Assembly: GCF_009914755.1 (NCBI RefSeq)
Contig: NC_060937.1
Length of the DNA: 64,000 bases
Origin: the human T2T-CHM13v2.0 reference genome, Homo sapiens
Direction: 5' to 3' (one strand)
Shown: positions 26,790 to 40,889 of the stretch, in pieces
Layout of the letters: every line of letters starts with the position of its first letter
Numbering within the stretch: position 1 is the first letter of the stretch
Program-made: the position numbers and the translations under genes
Notes under the pieces: model-generated
Told to the model about the DNA's origin: nothing
Databases searched by the model: none
The model's input: only the letters and a program-made list of their open reading frames with translations

Positions 26790-27800
26790 TATTATTATTC
26801 ATTCAACAAACATTTATTAAATGCCTACCTACTATGTGCTGAAGCTTTGCTGAGCGAAAAGATGCAAATAAAACATTATCCCTGCCTTCAAAGAAATTCA
26901 TTGTATAGTAGGCAAGACATAGAAGGAAATATGTGTTTCTAATTCAGTATTTTTTAAATCAACAATTCAAAAAAAAATTAAATGAGTTTTGTAGCATCCA
27001 TGGTTTTGTAGTGTGATCATGTCACACCCCTGACAGTTTAACCTCTCTGTGGGTTCCATAGGTTTTAGGATAAACTTGGAATTTGTACACATACCCTGCC
27101 ATAAATGTCCCTTGTTCACCACTACCAGGACAGCTCTTTCCTGCAGTAGAGTGACTTCTCACAGCCCGAGTTGTGCCTTTTCTCTCTTTCTCATCCTTTG
27201 CCTATGCTGTGCCCTCTACTTGGCACGCCTGCTGCTAGTGCTTCCTCTTTTGCTAGATTATTCTTATTTTTAGGAGTTTTCTCTGGAAAGCTTCCTCTGA
27301 CTCCTTTAGCTTTGTCTATGCACCTCTCCTCTTAGCTTCCATGGAATTACATGCATATCATTATTACAGCATTTATCTTTCCCTTTAAGTTATTTCTCCT
27401 GGTAGAATATTCAGTCCTTGGAAGCAACACTACCTTATTTATCTTTGAACCTAGTACCTATCACAGTGCTTTCCTTCATAATATCTACTCAATAAACTCC
27501 ATTGACCTAATGCTTTACAGAATAAATGAATACACTTGTATATAAAGGTAAGTCTGATAGAAGAAGCTATCATAAGGAACTACAAGAGCACATAGAGAAG
27601 CTCATAGCTCAAAATGGGTATGAATTTAGGGGGCAGTCAAAGGCTTGAAAGCTCCACTGCTGAGGTGGTGTTTTCTGTGCCGATTTGGAAGAGTGGCTAG
27701 GAATAAGCCAGGCACAGTGATAGAGGAAGGAATGCTTGCCGATATGAACTGATGTCCTCATGCTGAAGAAACAGCATGTACAATGGCACAGAGTGGGTGT
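26790..27800. mobile_element. L2 fragments
   Basis: L2 3'-end motifs (attcattcaacaaacatttattaaatgcctacc; gatcatgtcacacccctg; ctcaataaa...aataaatgaat). Confidence 0.65.
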
Positions 27801-28083
27801 ATCAAAGTCTTTTTCAGAAATTGATCAAGACGGAAATAACTATGTAGTCATAGTCAAAAGGAGAATACAAGGTAGCTGCATTTTTCATTTGGTCATTCCT
27901 ACTCTTACGTTATAACTGAGCAACTGGGTTCTCCCCACTTCTGTTCATTCTGTTCCCACTTCCTGTCTCTCCTGGCCTGCCTCTCTGCTTCCCTATTATT
28001 CTCTCCTCCCATCCCCATCTTCCTTTGCTTATTTTCTTCCTCCTTTCTCTTAAAGCAACAGCTGATTACAAGAGTTTGATCTT

Positions 28084-28415
28084 GGCTAGGCGCAGTGGCT
28101 CACGCCTGTAATCCCAGCACTTTGGGAGGCTGAGGTGGGTGGATCATCTGAAGACGGGAGTTCAAGACCAGCCTGGCCAACAAGGAGAAACCCCATCTCT
28201 ACTAAAAATACAAAAATTAGCCGGGCGTGGTGGTGCACGCCTGTAATCCCAGCTTCTAGGGAGGCTGAGGCAGGAGAATTGGTTGAACCCGAGCGGCAGA
28301 GGTTACAGCGAGCTGAGATCACGCCAGTGCACTCCAGCCTGGACAACAGAGTGAGACTCCATCTCAAAATAATAATAATAATAATTAATAATAATAATAG
28401 TAATAGTAATAATAA
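28084..28415 (+). mobile_element. AluSx-like with (AAT)n microsatellite tail
   Basis: Full dimer; tail at 28368-28415; TSD tacaagagtttgatct/tacaagtatttgatct. Confidence 0.93.
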
Positions 28416-29129
28416 TACAAGTATTTGATCTCTCACAACTCAGAACTTTTTGGAACTTATACACGCTGACCTACTCTATTTTACAGAAAAGGCACATATT
28501 GATCAAAACAGACACAACATCTGTAACTTCTTACAGCAGTTACAGCAAAAAATAGGACCCAGTCTCCTAACTTCTAATGTAATACTTTCAGATTCTCTAC
28601 GATCAAGCTGCTACAACCTTATTCTTCCAGAATTAAAAAAATCTATTTAAGCTCAAGGAAATAGTTTTAAGAAGCTGCTTCCTTTAAGACATGACAACAG
28701 TTTTTCTCAATAGGACTGTGAGATCAACTTCCTGGAGATAGCAATTATGTGAATGTGGAACATACATTGTTTGAGAATGTATATGAAGAGTATGAATATT
28801 TCCTCCTTGTTAAAATATATTTTTATATCAAAGTGCCATGTATGCAACAGAGTGAGGAATTATTAATGTCTGGCTGGCGTAGGCCTTCATCTTAGGAACC
28901 CTGTGTTAGATGGAGTGGCTCTGTTTGTGTGAATTGAGGGGTAAGAAAGCATGGTAAGTGGAGCCAACAAGATGTTTGAGAAACTGCCTCATTCCTGATG
29001 AAACCTCAGGTCTTCAGCAAAATTATTAGACAGTTGGAATGTTTGGCGCGGAGCGACCTTTAGTGGAAACTGACACGTGACAGGCCTGTTTGCGTATGTT
29101 GGTTTAAATTAGAAGTGAGAAGGCACCTA

Positions 29130-29525
29130 TTGGAGCAGCCACTACGAATACCTGACGAATACCCACCCCTCGTTCTTATTTATTAATAGAACCTCATTTG
29201 TTCAGGGTGAAATTGTACCCAGGTACACAGTTCTCATCAATGAGACGCGAGTGATGGACTGATAGGGATTTGGGTTTCCTAATGTAGGTGACTCCTCAAT
29301 TCCTCCTTTTCCCGTTTTCCTGCCAATAGTATGATCAGGCTATTACCGGTGCAGCAGCCACCTGGCAAGCAGGAGGATAATGAAAATAGAGGACCAGAAA
29401 GATGAAAAGAGTCTGAGTCAACGATGACCCTGTGGAGCTAGACTGGGAAAAATTCTCCCCTATTTGACTGAGCCATTGCTGTTGCATTTCTGTTACACGC
29501 TGCTAAAGCAGGTCCTAACTGATCA
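29130..29525 (+). mobile_element. Ancient MLT1 (J/K-like) LTR
   Basis: 3' end tgagccattgctgttgcatttctgttacacgctgctaaagcaggtcctaactgat. Confidence 0.55.
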
Positions 29526-30254
29526 ATATACCCAAACATAGGAGAGGGAAGAGACGGACCGTGAAGAAGTAAGCTGGAAGATAATTTGCAGAAATCATGG
29601 CGAGGGTGTTGAATTTTTCACAGACCATGAATTGGGAAGTTCGAAGAAACTATACTCCAATTCTGAGGAAAATGGAGGTTCCATTGTAGGTCTTTGCAGC
29701 ATTGTGTAACAAGCATTTCCGTTTAAGATGGATCTATGTTTGTCCTGGATCTATGTTTGTCTGGCAGAGCCTATAGGTCTTAGGTGGTAGGAATGGCACG
29801 AGTCTGTTTACGTGAAAGTCTAAGAAGCCTCTGGCGAACTCATTCTTAAGGGGAAAAAAAGATAGTTCAGTAGAAGATTGTTTCAAGTATAATGGACTTG
29901 TCAAACGGAAAACATTATGCGTAGGATTTTTATATTAGATTGCTCTCTAGCCAAATGCCTGAGGACTCCTGCCTGAGTTCAAGGACAAGGAGGCTGCAAA
30001 AAGAAAGAGTAAAGCTAAAATGGACATTTTCTAAATACCCTCCCTAGGATGGTTAGCACCCAAAATATCAAAATTCTTGATACTAGTTTGATAGGCATAA
30101 TTGTGCTGAAGACAATCACTCCAGTGGTGGCAAAAAGATTGCTAAAAGTGACAGGCATTGCAATGACAATTTCAGTGACCTCAGTGTAGTCACTAGCATC
30201 TTGTCGTAGAGCTTTGCATGTGCCCTATATATAACATGAGTATCGACACAATCT

Positions 30255-30841
30255 ATGGTAGTCATAATTCTATATAGATGTCTCCTGTCCCAAGATTCCC
30301 CAAAGCAAGTTATTCAAACATGAATCTAGGCACTGTGCTAAAGGGACTCTGCAGATGTAATTAAGGTTACTATCAGCTGACCTCAAGGTAGGTTGGGCCC
30401 AAGGTAATCACATGAGATCTTAAAAGCCAAGGAGGAAAGTAGAAAAGTAAGGCAGGAGAGATGAGGCAGGAGGGATCAGAGAAAATGAAAGTGTGAGAAG
30501 GACCTGACCTGCCATTGCTGGCTTTAGCAATGAAGGCAGCCATGAGCTAGGGAATGTGGGTGGTCTCTAGAAGCTGAGAAAGACCCCACTGCCAGCTATC
30601 AAGGAAAAATAATCCCAGTTTAACAGCCACCCAGAACTGAATATTGCCAATAACCTGAAGCCATTTTAAAACAAATTCTTCCTCAGAGGCTCCAGTAGAC
30701 CATGCAGCCTTCCTAATACCTTGATTTTAGCCCGGCAAGATCCATGTTGGACTTTAGATCTATCAAACTGTGAGATAATAAATTTTATGTTAAGCTGCTA
30801 AGTTTTGGTAATTTGTTACAACAGCACAGGAAACTAATACA
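30255..30841 (+). mobile_element. MLT1D/E-type MaLR LTR
   Basis: gggactctgcagatgtaattaaggttac...aactgtgagataataaattttatgttaagctgctaagttttggtaatttgttacaacagcacaggaaactaataca. Confidence 0.8.
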
Positions 30842-30873
30842 ATATTTTGCCTTTTTGTAATTATTTCTCGGTA

Positions 30874-31223
30874 CAGTCATCTGCCACATAATGACATTTT
30901 GGTCAGTAACTGATCACACATATGACAGTGGTCCTGTAAGACTGTAATACCGTATTTCTACTGTACCTTTTCTGTGTGCTTAGTTATGTTTAGGTACACA
31001 AGTACATATCATTGTGTCACAACTGCCTACAGTATTTAGTACAGACACATGCTGCACAGGTTTTTAGCCTAGGAGCCATGTGCTCTACCATATAGCCCAG
31101 GTGTGTAGTAGGCTATACTATCTAGGTTTGTATAACTACACTCTATGATGTTTGCACAATGATAAAATCACCTAATGATGCATTTCCTAGAATGCATCCC
31201 CATCATGAAGTGATATATGACTG
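30874..31223 (+). mobile_element. Tigger3a (MER7A/Golem) MITE
   Basis: Terminal inverted repeats cagtcat...atgactg flanked by TA TSDs; 350 bp. Confidence 0.85.
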
Positions 31224-32119
31224 TATGTTTTTCTCTCCTGCTAAACTCCCAATCCTTTAGGGCAAGGATAATGTGATCCAGTTATTTACTTGTCTATTTC
31301 TACTCCTCCTAACCAAGGCTTCCCCTCTATTTTTTCCTTTTTGATATGAAATTTCCACTGTCTTTCCTTTAAAATATTCATAGTTTGTTTTCAAATATCT
31401 TTTCAAGAACAATGGTTGTATTTGATTATTGCTAAGGTCTTATTGCACAAGGGAAAATAAAGTCTAGCTTCATTTGCATCTCAAAAAATAAGAGTTACAC
31501 TTAAAATAGGCGTGTATATGTTGTGCTGATTCTGCTTACATTGGTTACAAGGTAAAATGTATGTACATTGGTACATACGTTGGTTGCTCCTTACCTTCAC
31601 GTTCACTGGCAGAGTTGCAGAGATAGTGTTACGCCTCTTTCATCCCTCAGTGATTTAAAGTTGTACTTATATCTTTTCATTACCATTTGAATTTTATTGC
31701 TCCTACATTTATTTGTATTTAATTCACGTTCCCAGTAGAAAATATATTTTAAAATAATTTTGTTTTGAAAAAAGGAGAAAATGATATTTTAAGAATCACA
31801 AAAGTGAAAACTCATTTCTATTTTAAAGGATTTTTTAAAAGGTAAAATTCTGAGTCTTATGCAGATAAAAAATGAACATATGTGGAAATTTTTATGTAAC
31901 TCATTATTGATGAGGGAGCTGGTAAGATGTTAAAATCTGTTCAGATAATCCAAAGAATAATCACAATTATAAATCAGAAATACTGAAATGAACATGCAAA
32001 TAAAGGCAAAATTGCTTCTTCCATAGTACAGAGAAAAAAAAATCTCTTTAACATCACCTAATAGAATATGTTTGCATGGCTATAAACAAGAATTATTTTG
32101 CATCGCTATCAGTTATCTA

Positions 32120-32383
<264 letters not shown>

Positions 32384-32584
32384 CTATAGGAAACTACAAA
32401 CCTCTATTGTTAGATTTGTCATCTATTATTCCGTACAAAAGCATTCTATGGATTCCATTGCTACAGTCATGTTTTGCACATTGGGATATATAAAATAGTG
32501 GAGGAATTTTCTGTTTCAGTGGAAATTTATGCATATTTACAGCACACTCTTCCTGGTACTTCTGACTCTATGGGGGCTCTGCAC

Positions 32585-32873
32585 TTTTTTTTTTTTTCCC
32601 AGACAGAGTCTCACCCTGTAACCCAGGCTGGAGTGAAGTGGCATGATCATGGCTCACTGTGGCCTCGACCTCCCCTGGGCTCAGGCAATCCTCCCACCTC
32701 AGCTTCCCGAATCAGGCACATGCCACCATGCCCAGCTAATTTTTGCATTTTTTTGTAGAGACAGGGTTTTGCCATATTGCTCAGGCTGATTTCAAATTCC
32801 TGCGCTCAAGCAATCCACCCTTCTCAGCCTCCCAAAGTGCTGGGATTACAGGCAAGAGCCACTGTACCCTGCC
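32585..32873 (-). mobile_element. AluJ
   Basis: Poly-T plus gatcatggctcactg...ctcaggcaatcctcccacctcagc. Confidence 0.9.
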
Positions 32874-33137
32874 ATAAATTTCTTAAATGTAGGAGGAATT
32901 AGTGCTTAGGTCTGTAAGACTGTCTAATTCTACTGCTCAGTGTTAGAAATCACACTTGCATCTCACACCAAAGCAGATCTTCCAACCTGGTCTCTATCAG
33001 TAACATTGATTTAATATTTGCCGTTTTATTTATCAAAATGTTCAGAGCCATGGGCAAGAAAGAAGGTGCTAACTTAGGAACTCCTCAGATTAAGCATAAA
33101 CATTCAAGATAATGCTACATTTTTAAAATGTAATATT

Positions 33138-33519
33138 TGCTATGCTTTGAATGTCCCCTCCAAATCTCATGTTGGAATTTAATTGCCATTGTGAGGATAT
33201 TAAGAGGTGGATCTTTAAGAGATGATTACATCACAAGGGCTTTGCTCTCATGAATGGATTAATACCATTATCATAGGAGTGGGCTTCTGATAAAAGGATG
33301 AGTTTAGCCTGATTTCCTTCTTCTCTGTCTCCTGTGCTCTTGCCCTCTCACCATATGATGCTTTTCTCTATATTACAACATAGCACAAAGGCCACCAGAT
33401 GAGGCACTGTGTTCTTGGATTTACCAGCCCCCAGAACCATAAACCAAATAAACTTCTTTCATTATACATTATCCAGTCTGTGGTAATCTATTATGACAAC
33501 AGAAAACAAACTGGAGACA
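33138..33519 (+). mobile_element. MSTB-like MaLR solo LTR
   Basis: TG...CA ends, 5-bp TSD atatt, AATAAA. Confidence 0.88.
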
Positions 33520-35199
33520 ATATTGCTTTGCTATTTTTAAAATTTACCATGTTAAAAATAGTTTTCTACGTTTTCATCTCAAATACAAAGTTCTCGAGGT
33601 GGAGCATAATGTATTCTATTGTTTGTTTCCTTTTCTGTCCACCATGAGAACACTTTTTACATTATTTTAAATTTATATTTCAATCAATAAAATTAGCAAG
33701 ATTAATGTTTTGTAATACAATCTAATTTTAAATTAAGGAATTTATATTACAATTATCTGAGGGACCTCAAACAAATCACTTAGGCTCTCTAAAGCTTAGG
33801 GTTGTAAACATTTCAACAAGATAATCTCTTTGTTTCCTTTATCTCTTACCTCATTTTACTGTGATTGATATGGTGGACTGGTTTGCAAACATATTAATCA
33901 TGGATAATTTTGGCAGAAGACCACTGTAGACTGGTACTTACAACATTCATTTCTACATGCAAAGCAAAATGTAAGTTTCCTCAGTTAATGGAAATTTAAT
34001 GAGTTTCACCATTAAATATCAGTTACTTAATGTCAATTTTAAATTACCTATCTTAAAAAGCACTTATTAATACCTGATATCAGATACTGTGTTATTATAT
34101 TATAAATACTAGTATCATATATGTGAATGGTCCAATGACAATATGACTAAACAATTCGGTCCATTATTACTTGCTAAATTGAACATTGAGAACTCTTACT
34201 AAATCATCAATGATTTGAGATTCACACCTATATATTAATCAATTACACAACTCATTGATATTATCAGGATTATTCAATAACTTTAAAATGCTTAGAATTC
34301 TAAGGTTAGCACTGCACTGCTGGTTTGTAAGTCTCTGCTATTTGGGATGTAGAATTTACATTTCTTTTGATTCTACATTTTAATATTTAGGAAAGAAATT
34401 TTCAAAGATGAGATATCTGATTACAGCATTAACTATCTTACATATTTAGTATGTAATATTTCCTATACTAATTATCCAACAAAATGCTTATTTTTAATCA
34501 TTGCCATAAAAACATAACTAGTGTTTTATGATACACACACACTTTCTATCTCTCTCTGTCTTACACACACACACAAACACACACTTTTTCAGTTTCATTA
34601 TCACAGTCTTTTACATGTAATTTGTTAGCTTGTAAGGTGGGTAGAGAAGAGAAGGGAGGAAAAAGATATGTTTTGTGGAGTTTAAAATATTTTTTTTCTT
34701 TCCTGAATAAATGCATACATCCTTCATGAACCTTTTAAAAACGATTTAGATAAAGAAACATGATTTCCAAATAACTACTGTCATAAACTTATCCACTCCC
34801 TTGAGAAAACTGAAGTATGGCCAACCAATTTTCAGATGCTTCAGCCTGAGTTCTAACACTACCTTCCCTAAAATAGTCAGACCATAAGTCATACAAATAC
34901 ATGTAGTTTGAAGGCTTCCCTGTTGGTTCTACATCTCCAGGATAATAAAAGTGAGTTCAAAGTAAAGCTAGTGAAATTATCATTTACAAAAGCAAAAACT
35001 TACCAAACATAAAATGGTAGTAGGCAAGAATAAGGGCAATGTATGAGTTATTGCTAAAATAAGTCAAGGACCACTCCTGTCTGTTCTTATAGGCGTATCA
35101 TTCTCCTGCTTCTTCCACTGTGCCTTTTTCTTTACTCTGACACTGCATTTTACTGACAACATGTAAAAATTGAACTAGATTTAATTTTTGTCCTGAAGT

Positions 35200-36430
35200 T
35201 CCTCCTTGTATTGCCCTTTACTGGCTGAAAAGACCATTCTGATCCCTCCATTTTTCTTCTAAATTATATTTGAAAATGAAAATGTGTTCCTTATTTTATT
35301 TCTCTTTGCTTGTATTTTATAATAGGCAGAAAAAATAAGCCAGGTTGTAGCTTCAATACTCTGCCTGGAAATCTCCTTAACTAGATCATCAATTTTCCAC
35401 AACGCTGCAAACAGCAGTGTTGACAACTTTCCACCATTATGTAACAAGGGTCCTTTTTCCTTCCACTTTCTGTAGAAATTTCCTTGCTTTTCTTGAAACA
35501 TTGACAAACAGCCTCCTTGATGCCTGTCAGACTTCCATCCACAGCACTATCCCCAAAACAATGCCCCATCATTTAGGTTTCTTTTTATTTGGCTTTGTCT
35601 TTTTTATACCACACCCCACTCCTAATGCCAAATTTTGTTCCAGTTATCTATTGCTACCTAGTAAATTACCTGTGAATAGTCACATATCTATGGCTCAAGA
35701 ATTCAGAGACTGTACAGTTTAGATAGTTTTTTGTTTATTTGTTTGCTTAAACAACAGAAATTTATTTTCTCACAGTTCTGGAGGCTAAAAGTCCAGTAAC
35801 AAGGCACTGGCAGGGTGGATTCCTCTGAGGCCTCTCTCCTTGGCTTGCAGACTGCTGCCCTCTTGCTGCCTCTTCACATGGCCATCCCTCTGTACACTTG
35901 TACCACTGGTGTCTCTTCTTATAAGGACACCATTCATATTGGATATATACTGAATCATTTTGTTTTGTTTTTTCTCCGTAATGCTTGTGATCTCAGCTGA
36001 AAATGTTTGAATAGCAAAGAATACACAAACGGCTCAAAGCTAGAATCATCCAGAGGCTTCTTCATGCACATGTCTGGCGCCTAGGCAGGGATGACTTGAA
36101 GGCTGGGGTGCAGCTGGGACTTTAACAAAAGTGCTTTGTGTAGTCTCTCCATGTGATTTTGGCTTCTTCAAGCATGGACCCTGGGTGAATCTGGATGTCT
36201 TAGGTGGTAGGCTAAAATGCCAAAAGCAGGTGCTCCAGCCGCATAGCAGAAGCTGCATGACCTTTTATGACCTAGTCCTGGAAATTACATAAATTACATA
36301 CCATCACTTCCACTAATCTCTATTTGTCAACACAGTCACAGCTCACCCAGATTTAAGAGCAAGGGACATAGACACCACCTTTCAATAGAAGAATATCAAA
36401 TAACCTGTGGCCATACTTTAAAACCACCAT
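35200..36430 (-). mobile_element. MLT1 LTR plus internal sequence, with a nested MLT1A/B-like fragment (about 35745-35945)
   Basis: Internal-like ctctgcctggaaatctcc...tgtaacaagggtcc, then tgttccagttatctattgct...ttaaaaccaccata. Confidence 0.65.
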
Positions 36431-37268
36431 AGGCACTCAAACTAACCAATAAAGTTCTAATAGTAAAGCTAGAAAATGTTCCTCAAAAAGAGAATAAGTT
36501 CTTGCTGGAAGTAACAGCTTTTCTCCAAGAACACAGTCAAGGCCTCTCCAAGAACACAGGAGGCCTCTTCCAGGGTCTTAAATAGCCTCAATTCAGCACC
36601 CTAATTAACCACAGATCAGACACAATGCATCACTGATCCACCACCAAGTGGCAGAGCTGGTAGGACCTCCTGGAGAGTTTCATTAGCTGTGGTACTCCCT
36701 CAAAGCTGACAGCTTTATGAATTATACTTGGTTCTTGATTAATTTTAAAAGAACAAATTTCACATCTGATACCATACAGTCACTTTCTATCTGAAAGAAC
36801 GATATCTGAAAAAATATCTGAAAGTCACTTATTCTGAAAGAAATAGAACCATTATTCATTTCAGAAAAAAATTGTTGTGAAAACAACCACTATCTCAATA
36901 TTCTTGCCAACTGAGAACATGTTGGTTGATGAAACATCTAGAATTTTGAGGTTGATATGTCAAATAATATAGTTAGGTCTGGCTATCAAACTACTTCACT
37001 CTTCAAATTGTATTATTTATTCTATTTTTCTTACTGGCATAGTCGCCTTTTGTAGGAGTGAAAAAGAATTTCTATTTTACTTGTTAGTCAACATTTTATG
37101 GAAACTGGTTAAATCCTTTTTTAAAAACTGCATATTCAATATCTCAAACAAACATTAAACAAGTAATTCTTGCTTTGAATTTGTGATTGTCAAGACAACA
37201 TTTAACTCAAAATCACAGAAGTAGTTTTAAATAAGAATCCCACATGAAAATACAATGATCATTTAAAT

Positions 37269-37491
37269 CAGAGGTTGGCAACGTTTTTCCTGTAAAGGGC
37301 CAGGTAGTAAATAGTTTAGGTTTTGTAGGTCATAAGATCTCTTCTGTCCGTACTGTTCAACTCTGTTACAGCAGCACAAAAGCAGCCATCAGAGACAATA
37401 GAAATGGCCGTGGCTGTGTTCCAGTGAAGCTTTTCTTACAAAACAGGTGGTGGCTGGATTTAGCCCCTGGGCTTTAGTTTATGGAGCCCTG
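37269..37491 (+). mobile_element. MER58A hAT-Charlie MITE
   Basis: cagaggttggcaac...gagccctg with a perfect 8-bp TSD atttaaat. Confidence 0.88.
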
Positions 37492-37499
37492 ATTTAAAT

Positions 37500-37660
37500 C
37501 GAAGTGTGTTTCTAGGACCATCGACATCAGGCTCACTTGGGAACTTGTTAGAAATACAAATTCTTAGATCCCACCCCATACGTGCTGAATCAGCAACTGA
37601 GGGGTAAAGCCACAATCTGTGTTTTAACAAGCTCTCTGTGTAATTCCAAAGTGAGTTAAA
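37500..37660. mobile_element. MER5A
   Basis: cacttgggaacttgttagaaatacaaattctt...ctgaatcag...aatctgtgttttaacaagctc. Confidence 0.75.
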
Positions 37661-37908
37661 CTATTAGTGTATGTTATGTAGATTTTCATCAATATACGAC
37701 AACTTTGCTTACACAATATTATGAACTATTAAAAAGAGTGATGGTTTCCAATTCTGTAAGAACTAGATAGCATTTTTACAGCATTATTAGGCAAATTGAG
37801 CCAGAACACTGTATTTGTAAACAATGGGCCCTTACACACAGACTTTAGCTTATTCTTTGTGTACTCTATTCCAAGCAGCACATAGTAGGTGCTCAAGAAA
37901 GACTTTTT

Positions 37909-38233
37909 TTTCTTTTTCTTTTTCTTTCTTTCCTTTTTTTTTTTTTTTTTTGAAATGGAGCCTCACTCTGTCGCCCAGGCTGGAGTGCAGTGGTGTGATC
38001 TCGGCTCACTGCAACCTCTGCCTCCCAGGTTCAAGCAATTCTCCTCCCTCAACCTCCTGAGTAGCTGTGATTACAGGTGTGTGTCACCACGCCTGGCCAA
38101 TTTTTTTGTATTTTTAGTAGAGACAGGGTTTCACCATATTGGCCAGGCTGATCTCGAACTCTTGACATTGTGATTCACCTGCCTTGGCCTCCCAAAGTGC
38201 TGGGATTACAGGCGTGGGCCACTGTGCTCAGCC
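37909..38233 (-). mobile_element. AluS
   Basis: Full dimer with T-rich tail; TSD aagaaagacttttt. Confidence 0.93.
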
Positions 38234-38813
38234 AGAAGAAAGACTTTTTAAATAAACACATTTAAAATAAGAAAAGATGAAAAAGCCTGTATTCACTGAT
38301 TTTTCCCTAGAAGTATAGATTGACAAGGAAACTCATTAACCAGGCTATTACAATTCTTTGGCTATCTAAATATTGAATGAATGAATAAAAGAAGGGGTCA
38401 AGAAAATAATCGGATTTTTTTGTGAACGATAAAATAATATTCTATATGCCTAAATAATTTATAAGTAGCAGAAATAGAAATATGCGTAATATTAAGCACT
38501 GAAAGAGGCTTATGGAAAGATTTGCATTTTTCCTTCCAGTTTGAAAATTCTCATGATTCTCTATCTACAAAAAGTGAAAACAAAGTACTTGAAAGGAAGA
38601 AAGATTTCCAAAATATTAGAGCAATTATGGGACAAAGTTACTAAGGGAAAATAATGTGAACGGTTCCTCAAAAAGTTTCTGCTTTCCTCAGGCCCACTCT
38701 CAACTCCCACCCCCAAACTGTCCCCTGGCTTAGACCCTTAAAGATGACCGGTGAAAACAAGGCTGGACTTAGACCAGATTTGGTAAAACTACATTCTCCA
38801 GAAGAGGGCATAA

Positions 38814-39212
<399 letters not shown>

Positions 39213-39659
39213 TAGTGATTACTTTTTAGCATTGTGATGGGCACATGGTATAAATTTATCAACATTTGTTTAATGAGTGTGTGAACTCACTAGACACCCA
39301 CACATATATGCATATCCGTCAGTGTTTCCACATATATAGTAAACCAGACATTGTAATAAAAATACTTTTAATTTATTGATCTATCTGCCTATGTATCTAT
39401 CTTTGGAATTTTTCACAATATCCAGTCTTCACAATATTACCCAGGAATCAAAAGGTCCGAACGAACTAGTTTTGATCTGCTTTTCTGAAACAGTGCAGGA
39501 GGCAGGCAAAATCGTCCATGAGCAGGGACTTTAAATTGATTTTTAAAGTAGATTCCTGATTTAAGCGATTCAGAGAGTAACTAGTACAGTCATCTCATTT
39601 TATAAATGTGTTTAATCATTTTATATCTAATAAACAATAAACAACAGAGTTGATCTCCC

Positions 39660-39902
39660 ATGAGTGTTTTTCAAACTGTGATTTGCAACCTATCAGCAGA
39701 TCATGAAATCAGTTCAGTGGGTTTTGACCAGCATGTGTGGTTTGTGTGCGTGTAAACAGAAAAGATGAAACTTCAGAGTGAAAAAGAGCTATTAAAAGGA
39801 TTACTTTATGAAACTTTTATGTCAATTTTACATATGTGTATGTGATCATATGTTAAAAAAAAATCTTGTGAGTTGCAACCCAAAAAAGTTTGAAATCTAT
39901 TG
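39660..39902. mobile_element. hAT-Charlie-type MITE (family uncertain)
   Basis: Degenerate inverted ends gtgtttttcaaact / agtttgaaatctattg. Confidence 0.5.
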
Positions 39903-40157
39903 ATTCAATAGTGCCAGATTATGGCTTAACTCCTAATTCTTTCATTTAGATTCTTCTCAACTCATCTTTAATATTAACCATAGAATAAAATGTGTTAACT
40001 CTACAGTGGAACTAACCGTATCAGTTGGAGTAAATTTCAGCAGTACTGAGAGACTCATTAATAAAAACTGCACAACGCAGTGTTCCACTGTAGCTTTTCT
40101 GAATATCAACATTTAGTTTTAGTTAATTTAATGGGGGATTATTTTTTCTACAACAAG

Positions 40158-40889
40158 TGATATGGACAGGAGACAGGGAAATACTGGGTAGAAGAGGGCT
40201 GTTCCCCGGGAAAGGCCCCACCCTCAGGCCTGGATACCCACAGCCCTTGATGGGAACAGGCATTCCTGTTTCTGTGCCCGAAAGTTGCCTTTTGGCCCAC
40301 CACAACCTCCCCCTGCACCCCGCCGCATCCTGTACTCGTATAAACCTCAAACCCCTAGCTCCAGGAGGAGAGGAGCAGGCAAAGAGAAGAGCAGAAGAGC
40401 GGCAGAGGAGAGAAGAGAAGAAACATCGGGAGAAATTTAGCTGGGGATGGTCGGAGAATCAGCTGTTGGATGGCCAAACTCCAGGGGAAGATCATCTTCC
40501 TACGCCTTTCCCTTTGCAGCTCCCCATTCATCCCGCTGAGAGCCAGCTCCACCACCCAATAAAACCCCCACATTCACCATCCTTCAAGTCCATGTGTGAC
40601 CTGATTCTTCTGGGATGCTACACAAGAATTCAGGACACAGAAACCTGTCACACTGGCCCTCTGCTCGAGCAAAAAGGTAGAGGGTCCACTGAGCTGCTTA
40701 ACACTTAGGCATCCAAGGACAGCAAGGCTAAAAGAGCGCACTGTAACACACGCCCACTTGGGATCCTGCACCTGTCCGTCTACATACTCCCCCTCCTATA
40801 TGGGGTTTTAGCAGCGGCAGCAACCGAACAGATGAGCCACACCCTTGTCACACATCCTGAGAGGTGGGTCAGGGAACAATCGCATTTCA
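40158..40889 (+). mobile_element. LTR1-family (HUERS-P2/ERV1) solo LTR
   Basis: tgatatggacaggagacagggaaatactgggtagaagaggg...tttca. 4-bp TSD caag, TATAAA at 40339 and AATAAA at 40558. Confidence 0.88.

Noticed and set aside
36779-36840. Repeated tatctgaaa(g) units resembling a short array
   Set aside because: Degenerate slippage repeat with irregular spacing; no CRISPR-like repeat-spacer architecture.
40157-40708. Longest ORF in the window (183 aa)
   Set aside because: It has a GTG start, lies wholly within the LTR1 solo LTR and shows no protein-like features.
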